DNA of 64,000 nt from Peribolospora baueri (Eukaryota): positions 1 to 64,000 of the forward strand of contig JAMDHS010000073.1 of assembly GCA_029717555.1 (NCBI GenBank), written 5' to 3'. Below the pieces are notes generated by a model. That model saw only the letters and a list, made by a program, of their open reading frames with translations, made no database searches and was not told the DNA's origin. Both the position numbers and the translations under genes were made by a program. Below are positions 43,885 to 55,619 of this stretch, in pieces (the first letter of the stretch is position 1; each line of letters starts with the position of its first letter).

Positions 43885-46800
43885 CTATCCGTCCATAAGT
43901 CCATCCTCTACAGCCGACGTGGGAATGGCGATGCCGACGCACCGGCTGGCCAGGTCGAAGACGGTGTAGAACGTCTCCATGAGGGGTGCGCCTGAAGAGA
44001 GTGCAAGGCCCGAGAGGACGGGAAGGTGAGAAACACGACGAGCGCCTAGAAGCCACAGTGATCTGCCACAGCACACCCACCGATGAGCCAGCTGCCGTCC
44101 GTCGTGATCTCCCATCCTATCAGCTGTAATACACACCGCGCCTTCTTGTGCGACTCTGGATCCTGACTCAGATATAGTTTCTTCTCCGTTTCGTCCACAA
44201 AATCGAACCGTAGCGCATCCTCATGGATGTTGGCAGATATGTTACCGAACCGGAAGGCCACCGTGGGCGGGTCGTAACAGGGGTATTTCGCCATGAGGAA
44301 CTTGTCGTCCTGACGACCGGGAATCAATTCCAGTCCGTTTTCCTCGAAGAACTCGCGCGCATCCGCCAGTGGAGCGATGATTTGCTGTGAGAGAACGAGG
44401 GCAACCGGGTGTTCATGTCGTGTGCACCCATGCCGTTCGCGTCGTTAATAGTACGGCGGGGGAGCGTACCTCAGTTCCGCTATCGAGTATCATGAGAATA
44501 TCCTTCGTCCAAGACCCGACGTAGACGGTGGAATTGAACTGCCAAGTATCTAGTGCCGTCGCTTGCCCCCTGCTCGGAGAAAACAATTTTGCTCAGCCCG
44601 TATGCCAATGGCCGCATCTAACACACGAGCAGAAGAGAAGGCGGATGCAGAGAGTTTGAACGGCAAGCGACTCACGTCCAATGCAAATCGCCGGCATACG
44701 CCTTCTCATCATGCCCGCCGAGCAATACGCTCTTGTTGGGCTGGGCCCTGGTAATGTCGAAAGCGAACTGGTTTGCGGGAAACTGGCCTTGTTCCCACAG
44801 GGTGCTAGGTGAAATAATGAAAAAGAAAATAAAGTGAGGGTGGACACGAGAAGGAGCTACAGATTTGTCCAACAAGCTCTGAATCGTCGGGCCTCACTTG
44901 AAGAGTCCAGGCACTTGATGGCCGCCAGCGTCGAGAAAGCCAGCTTGTTCCACAAAGGATAGTCCGAGGATGCCCTGAACGTCTGATCGGTTTGGCTTTT
45001 TGTTCGCCAGTCCAATCCACTGATCCCTGGCCACAGCCCCGCGAGACCCTTGGAGCGGGGAAGACGCGACTTGGATGGGCACGGACGAGTCGTGATGTGT
45101 GTCCTTGAGGCACTCGTCCCGGTTCGACGGCACCAACGGCTCCTCAAACCTTGGTTTAAGGTTGGTAAGAGCATCCACAAAGTCGCGGTCGAGCGGACTC
45201 TGTCGTCCCTTGTTGAGTTTTCTGTTGATGAAGTGCTTCGCGCCGTGACTCCATTTCCGGCCGGAGCCGCAGAAAGGCCAGCAGTTCCGGTCCAACACCT
45301 CATCGAGCCAGGAGTCCCATTCCCTGCGGTACCTGGCCTCTCGGGAGTTGTCGTCGGCTTGGGCGTCAGAGCGAACACACCCCGCCGACAAACATCCGGC
45401 ATCATCGTCCTCACGCAGGGCGACGATATCGCGATACAAAAACCCCTGATAGGTGTCGGATGCAGCTGTCCCACCGTACACTGACCAGGCAGGACGGATG
45501 TGGATCACGACCCGACCGCAGCTTCGTCAGCTCGTGATGCTTTGTGAAGCGAAACACGAGGGCTTTTCGACACTCACTAGACTCGAAAGGGATTCCTGTG
45601 TTGTTGGATGTACTCGACTCCTCAGGCTTGTACGCGCCCGGCTGTGGAAGAGTGTGGCTAGCTCAGTAACGGTCCTTTGGTTGAGGTTGCCGAGGAAAGG
45701 GGTCTCATTCCGTAGCTCACACTAATCAAGAGGTCTTCGCTTCCGGTGTCGAGGACCAGCGACACCTCTGCGTGGAAAAACGGTCGTGAGACCATCACGC
45801 AAACTCGATGAAGCTGTCCTTCGGACTTGCAAGCCCCATGACAGTGTACGCTACTCACTCTGCCCAGGCGTGCCAAGCCAAATCGAGCCTTGATACCTAA
45901 AGTCATCGATCTTCTTCACGTCGAAAAGATATTCACTTCTCGTCGGATAGGTTGCCTGAGGGTCAGGCGCGTGGTGAGCGACAGCCGGACTATGAACGAC
46001 CGGTGCAGCTTGATTCTTTATCTTTTGAATCAAAGAAGATAGAGTGCCGGCGTCGGAGAGCAAGTCGGCGTCAACCCTTTGCAGGGTCTTCAGAGACTCG
46101 TCCGGACCAGACTTGGGATTCTGGCTGTTGGCGATGAGGCTGCGCTTACCGCGCAGGGAGCGAACGCCTGGTTGAGGGGCGGTCTTGTGCTGTACCTTGG
46201 CCAGCAGCGCCACGTCCATTGTCGGCTCTTCTATCTCTGGGCTTCCGGGTACCTCTGGAGATGGAGTGGTCCGGTCCGGCTGGCCATCGCCCACGGTCGC
46301 TTGCTCAGTCGGATGGGACGAGGACGCAGTCACCGTGACGGTCTTTGTGACGGTGACGGGAGAGACATGCGTGCAAGCGCTCAAGCTCTCGGACGCGCTT
46401 TCGCCCTGGTGACCAGCCGATGAGCCTTTATTACTGGTCGCGTGGATCGTGGGTATTGGGCGCGTCGAAAAATTATGAGCTTTATCCGTGCTAGCGGAAA
46501 CGTTGGCCGACTCTATCAGCGATGGGGTGGACGACTTTAGATCATGATAAGTTGTCGTCGGAGGCGGAGCAGACAGAGTAGACGCAGTCTCGTTGGTCGA
46601 GTTACTGGGCACTGAGGGCTTCAAATGTTCCGACGAAGTACGAAGGTCCGGCAAAGTTTGGGCAAAGTCGTCCGTCTCGTCTCGTTTTCCAGCCAGTAGT
46701 TGGCCGTGCTGTCCAGATGAATCACCAAGGGTTGTGAGACGGGTGCGGAAAGCGAGTAGGCAGATCAGATGCTAATAATGGACGTCCGTCGTCCACGCAT

Positions 46801-48490
46801 TCACGCTGCGCTCACGTTCCTAGGTGGTACAGGAGATTTGACTGTATGCGTCTCAGAGTCGTCCGTCTTGGCCCGGAGAGACATCCGAGGCTGCCATTTG
46901 CTAACAGTATCCAAGAGACGGTCGAGAAGACGAGGGTGAGACGTCAACTACAGTTTCACAGATTACTCTCTCGAACGGGTCGTGAACGTACCGGTGGGTG
47001 CGAGCCACTTGACCTATCAGCTCGTCTAATCCACGGGGCCGAATGCTGGCGTCTTCATCATATCCGTGACGAGCATCCCGGATCGCGAGCCTGACGGGCT
47101 GAGGAGAAATGGCGGCTGCGGGGCATGCGGTTCGGGAAGGGTCAGAAGAAGATACGGCGCTCTTAGAAGACACGGTGACCGACGAAGAGTCGGAAGCCGG
47201 AGAGGACTGGGGCTGCGAAGAATATGCGGAACTAGTTGAGGTCAGAGTCGAGCGACCGTCATATGAGGTGGGGTCGGTGCCGAGGCCAGTGGCAGACGCC
47301 GAAGCGGTTGACGTAGGGGACCCGTTGACGTCCAGCGAAAAAGGCTGGCTCGTAGACAAAGTCGTGTCCAATGAAGTGGGATCGACGCTCGATCCGGTGG
47401 CAGACGCTGAGGAAATCGGCAAATTCGACGCGCCGCCTAGCGAAGAAGTCACGTCCATAGCGCCAGATGAGGTGGGATCGAAAAGGGCGCCAGTAGCAGA
47501 CGCGGTGGGGTACGTGGACCAAGCCGCGTTAAGCGAGACGGGGTCTGCACACGTATCAGCGGCAGACGCAGACGCAGAAGAGGTCGACGTGGCCGATTCA
47601 GCTTCAGCGCCTAGCGAAGATATTGGATCAGCAGAAAAGGTGGCGTCAGATGAGGTGGGACCGCCACTCGCACAGCCGGCAGATGCTGAACAAGTCGGCG
47701 TGGACGATCCGGGGTCTACTTCCAGTGACGAGGCTGGATCCGTAGCCAAAATCTTGTCAGACAAGGCGAGGCTTTTCGACGAATCCTTGTCCAATGACGT
47801 AATCGAATCTTCTGTCACATTTGCGCCCTTCGACGACGTCGAAGTCATAGCAGAGCCGGTTACAGATGGCGACGAAGTTGGCGTCGATCTGGCCTCAGCC
47901 GAAGAGACGGAGGTAAAGCCGGCACTCGGACCAGTGCGAAACGCTGAAGAGAAGAGAGGTAACTTGGCGTTGGCGTCCAGTAAATAGGTAGAGTCTACAG
48001 ACGACGGGATTTCAGTCGAGATGAGGCCTCTCGATGAAGCCGCGTCTGTTGCCGCAACAGAAGTTGCAGACGAGCTCGCACGATTTGATAAGGCCGGAGT
48101 CGTATAAATGCTGGTCACAGACGGTGACCAAGCCAACGTCCGTCTATCGTCAGATGAAGCTGCAGAAGTCGTGCTCGAGTCGACGTCAGGCGGAGAGAAA
48201 GGTTTGGAAGACGAAGGGGAGGCGGAGGCGATGGTAGACAAGGTGGTACCAGCCACGTTGGCGGTAGACGGAGTCAGTGTGAACCGGAGATCGAAACTGC
48301 CAAACTCTTGGAGAATGACGAGGACAGGGTCTGAGATTGGGTTCGGAACTGGGGTCGAGGGCGACAGGCCCGGCGAGGAAGCCGAGTCCGAGCTGGGATC
48401 AGTAGATTGTGCCCTCGTAAGAGGCAAAATGGTCAAGGAGGCGGAAAGAGCCAAAATGACGAAGAGGCCACCGAGAAATGCCACTCTCAT
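43885..48490 (-). CDS. Secreted pepsin-like (A1) aspartic protease with a long Ser/Thr-rich N-terminal region; multi-exon
   Basis: Signal peptide MRVAFLGGLFVILAL; YQGSIWLGTPGQ-KVSLVLDTGSEDL (DTG at about 45742-45750); GILGLSF; MILDSGTE (about 44476-44484); WLIGAPLMETFYTVFD. The join between the 46901-48490 ORF and the protease exons is inferred. Confidence 0.75.
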
Positions 48491-49633
48491 GGTGGACGTG
48501 GTGCGACGAAAGAGCTCTCGAACTATTGGCCAAGGAGTGGCGACGTCAACGCTGGAAGATGGTGGAGGATAAGAAGGTGTGGGAAAAAAAAAGGAGAGGA
48601 GTAGAGGAGGTGGAAATGAAGAGGAGCACGACGATCCAAGGCAAAAAATCTTGCTCTTCCTCAGGTCATCCCAATCGACGGTTCAGCAGGACCGCGACGC
48701 GACATCGCGAGATCTGGCCTCGTGCCTTCAAATCTCGTCGAAGCAAGGCAAGGCCCGATCAGCGCTGGCCCGACGGTCGGCCTACGTAAGGCCCCACTAG
48801 ACCTGAAATGTGTCAGAAGAAGATCAAGTGAGCTAAAAATGTGTTTTTCCACCTCTCTTCTCGCTGGCAGTCGAGAGAAAGAAAACCGAAGCATCGTCAT
48901 GTCCTATGGAGAAGAAACGGCGGGAAGACGTGGATGAGGAGAGAGGTGCGGAGGTGGCTCCGTCCTTCGAAGCGTCTAAAAATATGAACATCTGGGCTAG
49001 CCTGACGAGCGGAGCCGGGGTGCAAAGATGGCGGGTGAGGAGAAAAGCGATGAGACCAGTGGTCTTCGGAATGATGCCAAGTCGGGTGGGAAGCCGCCGG
49101 CAGTGTCGAGTCTCACATTGCCTGTCACGTGCACGTCGGCTAAGGCTGGCCTACAACCTCCGCACATCATCACCTGCTTCAGCCCAAGTCTCGACGATGG
49201 AGTCAGTGTTAAGGACAAGGTGAGCAGCATGCAAGTGCACCCCTCGTTGGTGGTAGTCGAGACGACGCCGCCAGCCCCGTTTATGGCCGCTTAATCCCGC
49301 GACCGGGCGGGCGACAAGATCCGAGCCAGCCGACACCGCCACGCACGGCCGTCGCCGAGATTGCGGTTGCGAACGTTGGACGACGTGCAAGTAATTGCAA
49401 GTGCATATGGACGTGCAGATCTGACTCGTGTTCGTGCTTTTCCAGCTGCCGAGAAGTGGAGGGACAGAGGGGGCTACATAAGGGCTGCTGCTTCTTCCGC
49501 TCACTCGTTCCCCCCTCACGCATGTCGACCGACCTGTCCAGGCATTACTCCGCAGGTCGGCCGTCGTCTCACGTCCCTCTCTACCTATCCTTGTTCTCCC
49601 ATCTTCGTTCGACCACCGACGAGAAGAGCCAGA

Positions 49634-50926
49634 ATGGTAGCTCACAGCGCTCAAGTGACGATCGTCGGCGCCGGTCTTGGCGGCCTCACCCTCGCACGCG
49701 TCCTGCAGCGCCGGGGCGTGCCCGTCGCGATCTACGAGCGCGAGCGCTCAGCCTCGACGCGCGACCAGGGCGGCACGCTGGACATGCACGCCGAGACGGG
49801 CCAGGAGGCGCTGCGCAAGGCGGGCCTATACGACCGCTTCGAGGAACTGTGCAGTCGCGAGGCGGACCACATGCGAATCCTCGACAAGACCGGCGCCGTT
49901 CGATTCGAGGACGGCGGTGGCGGTGGTGGTGGTGGTGGTGGTTCGGACGCAGGCCAGGGACGGGGACCCGAGTTCGACCGGCCGGAAGTGGATCGCGGCG
50001 CACTTCGCAAGGTTCTCCTCGATTCTCTCCTTCCCGACACGGTCGCCTGGGGTCGTGCCTGCCGTAGCGTGGAGGAGGTCGAGGAAGGGCGAGGCGGGGC
50101 GGCGGCGGGGCGGACGTACGCGCTGAAGTTCGCCGACGGCCAGACCGAGGTAGTGAACGGCTTGCTGGTCGGCGCCGACGGCGCCTGGTCCAAGGTCAGG
50201 CCGCTCGTGTCGGAGGCCAAGCCGGCCTACTCGGGCGTGACGTTCGTGGAGCTGTCACTGAGCCAAGTGGAGGAGCGGCGGCCGGAGGTGGCGGCGCTGA
50301 TCGGGAGCGGGAGCATGTTCGCTCTGGGGGAGAACAAGGGGCTGATCGCGCAACGCAACTCGGGCGACCAGGCGCGCGTCTACGTGACGCTCCGCGTCCC
50401 GCTCGACTGGCACGAACACTCGGGCATCGCCGTCGGCGGCGCGGACGAGACGCGCGACCGATTGTGCGCCCTCTTCGCCGGCTGGAGTCGATCGCTGTTG
50501 GAGCTCATTCGGCAGGCGGACGACAGCCGGGGCATCGTCCCGAGGCCGCTGTTCGCCCTTCCCGTCGACCACGCTTGGCCGACGCGCGCGGGGGTGACGC
50601 TCTTGGGCGACGCGGCGCACCTCATGACGCCCTTCGCTGGCGAGGGCGCCAACCTGGCCATGATCGACGGCGCAGAGCTGGGCGAGGCGATCGCCTCCGC
50701 GTGGCGCCGACCTGATGTTACTGTTGATGACGATGGTGATGGCGACAACGCAGCGCTCACGGACGCAGTGAGCGCATTCGAAGCTCGCATGTTCGAGCGC
50801 GCCTCGAAGGCGGCCAAAGAGTCAGCGTCGAACCTGGACGTGTTCGTCAGCGACGACGCCCCGGACGGCGCCGTCGAGCGGATGAACTGGCTCATGAGCC
50901 AAGCTGGTCCGCCCTCGCCCCAATGA
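49634..50926 (+). CDS. Tet(X)-like FAD-dependent monooxygenase, intronless
   Basis: GAGLGG FAD motif, QGGTLDMH, RPEVDRGALRKVLLDSL, VGADGAWSKVR, GDAAHLMTPFAGEGANLAM. ATG 49634 is preferred over the track's TTG start. Confidence 0.88.
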   Translation: MVAHSAQVTIVGAGLGGLTLARVLQRRGVPVAIYERERSASTRDQGGTLDMHAETGQEALRKAGLYDRFEELCSREADHMRILDKTGAVRFEDGGGGGGGGGGSDAGQGRGPEFDRPEVDRGALRKVLLDSLLPDTVAWGRACRSVEEVEEGRGGAAAGRTYALKFADGQTEVVNGLLVGADGAWSKVRPLVSEAKPAYSGVTFVELSLSQVEERRPEVAALIGSGSMFALGENKGLIAQRNSGDQARVYVTLRVPLDWHEHSGIAVGGADETRDRLCALFAGWSRSLLELIRQADDSRGIVPRPLFALPVDHAWPTRAGVTLLGDAAHLMTPFAGEGANLAMIDGAELGEAIASAWRRPDVTVDDDGDGDNAALTDAVSAFEARMFERASKAAKESASNLDVFVSDDAPDGAVERMNWLMSQAGPPSPQ

Positions 50927-51948
50927 TCCCAGGCCGGCCTGGCGAGGGGGAGAGGGGGGCGGCCGCGCGGCGTATACAAACTTTGCGACTGGGCCCCGGA
51001 TGCGTCCGTCCCACTTGTATGTATGTATGTATGTAGGTATTACCCCGTCGGTTCGTTCATGACGTCGTACTGGAATCTCATCCTTGGCATGCACAGACAG
51101 ACAGACAAGGTCACACTACGGGTCGGGCCCGGGCGCGGTCGACAAAAGGGACGGACGGACGGACGGAGGGAGGTGCAAAGGGGATTGATTGCTCGTGCTC
51201 GTGCTCGTGCTCGTTCATGATCCTGCTTCTGCTTCTGCTTCTGCTGCTGGACTGCTGCTGCTGAACTGCTGCCGCTGCTGCTACTGCTACTGCTGCTGCT
51301 GCTGTACCGGAAACGACTTCGTACTCGTGCTCGCCCTCCCGCCCGTCCCACCCGCCGCTCTACGACTCGGCCGCCCGGCTCGACCCGCGAACCCGTCCGT
51401 CCGTCCGCGGCAGTCCGTCGTCGTCAGCGGAGACGGAGAGGGGAGCCGACATCGGCGGCGAGGCCGAGACCAGAAAGGAGAGGGGAGAGGTGGGAGAGAA
51501 AAGAAAGAAAGGGTAGAGGAGAGGAGGAGAAGAGGAAACGGCGAAACAGGGAGAAGAAAAGAAAAGAAGGGGGGAATCGAGGCGAGATGACGGAGTGACT
51601 GAAAGGAGATGCGGAGCGACAGAGAAACGGTCCAGGAGACGTCCGACCGACACCGGTAAAGAGGGATGTGGGGAGAAGAGAGAAAAAAGGGGGTCTCTTG
51701 GTCGAAGGAGGATATGACTGCGTTGGTCGCTCGTCCGTGACGGCGAGGTGAGGTGAGGTGAGGATGGATGGGATTGGAGGATGGATGAAAGAAGGAGAGG
51801 AGACGAGATCGGGGCCAGCATTGAGTAAAAAAAAAAAAGAAGAAAAATGGACTTGGACTAAGTCTCCACCACGATTGTCCATCCATCTCCAACCGCGCAA
51901 ATCCGATCAGTCCCATCCAACCCAATCCAATCCACAAACGACTAAAGA

Positions 51949-54000
<2,052 letters not shown>

Positions 54001-54806
54001 GTACGAGGGAAGAGGCGAGGACGAGGGAGGGAGGGCGCGTGAAGAGGGACGGGGTAGAAGGAGGGAAGGTGAGGGTGGGTGGGTAGTGTAGTGTAGTGTA
54101 GTGTAGTGTGGTGGCGCGATCGAGTGCGCGAGCGCGAACGCGGGCGGAGGTGGGGGTGCCTGAAAACACGGCGGACGGAGCGGGGGCGTGGGAGAGCTGG
54201 TCTGGTGGGGCAGACGGAGGCGGAAGGAGAAGCGGGGACAGGGACGGGTGGGGTGGATGGAAGGGGGAGAGAGAAGATGGGATGGGATGACGAGATGGGA
54301 TGATGGGTTGAGAGTCCGGCGGTGGTACAGAAGGAAAGGCAAGGAAGGCGCGATGCGATCGCGGCTAGCTCGGCTGGAGACAAAAGGAGAGGCCAGCGAC
54401 AAGGCGGACGGTGGTGGTGGTCGTGTCTGGCTCGTTGTTATGTTTCCTTATTTGTCTATTATTTTATTTCTATTCTATTTTACACACCGTCTACCTCCGC
54501 CTCGCACTGACAGCCCTGCCGGCCACCGACACGCACACGCCCTCGCACACGGACCGCACACGCCAGCCACCGCACCGCGACCACCACCACCGACGGCCCA
54601 GCCCCGCTTATCGCCGCCTCTTCTCGCCGCATTCTTTACCGTCCGTCCATTTCAATCTGATCCATGCAAGCGAGCGAGTCGTGGCCTGGATAGATAGATA
54701 GATAGATAGACGAGGGCGATGGCCGGAAACAGAGAGAGGTGTGCACACGGACGGAACAGAGGAAGAGCACGGATCGACACACCAACTCGCCTGCGAAGCA
54801 AGGCTC

Positions 54807-54809
54807 GGA

Positions 54810-54845
<36 letters not shown>

Positions 54846-54846
54846 A
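54807..54846. repeat. (GAAA)n microsatellite
   Basis: Perfect tetranucleotide run between the PKA and SMI1 genes. Confidence 0.9.
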
Positions 54847-55619
54847 AAAAAAGTCCCATCTAAATCTTACATTCACAGACCGGCGTTCTCTCAACTCGCC
54901 AGCGTCAGCGTCAGGACCGACCCGTCAGCACGTCTTCTGCTGCCCACGGACGCGTCCTCGTCACACAGGCCGCTGTCCTCGTCCTTCGAAGCGCTTCGGG
55001 AGGACTACGCCAGCGTCGTCCTCCTTGTCTGTCGCCGTCCGGTCGTCCATCTTCTTACCCACCCTCGACCCAGCCCATTTCCGTGCGCGGCCAGACAAGG
55101 GCTCGGCCGAGAGCGGCGATACGCGCGTCGCGCCCGCTCCGCTCCCATCCAACATGCCCATCAGACTCGCCGGCGGTCGGTTTGGTCCACCGTTCCGTTC
55201 TCTCACCCAAGCTGCCCGACACCGACACCACGGACAGGATAGCACGCCGGTGACGACTTGCTTGCGCTCCCGCCTCACCCACCAACCAACCACTCCCATC
55301 CTTTCCTTTCCCTCTCCCGCCGCGCCCTCAGTCGAAGTCGTTCTGCCGTAGTCCTCCCGCAGCGTGTCGCTGTTCCGCTCGTCACCGCCGGCGCGCCAAA
55401 TCTTCAGGCGCCCCTCCCACTACGGCAGCCCGGCGGACAAACACACACACACAGACAGGACGACGGACGGACGGACGGACGGACAGGTCACAGCGTAGCT
55501 TTTAGGCAAACAGAAAAGGCGCACACTTCCTCCTTTCTTCTCGCCCTTCCCTGCTACGGCTGGCTTCTCTGCGCGCCCGCCAGCGGACTGCTAGCCAGTC
55601 GCTCCTCCCAGGGCCCGAC

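Noticed and set aside
47109..47987. 292-aa acidic plus-strand ORF
   Set aside because: Antisense shadow of the Ser/Thr-rich minus-strand exon that carries the signal peptide.
49361..49633. N-terminal extension of the monooxygenase from the track's TTG start
   Set aside because: Eukaryotic gene; family-like sequence begins right after ATG 49634, and the extension overlaps a TATA-like and pyrimidine-rich promoter region.
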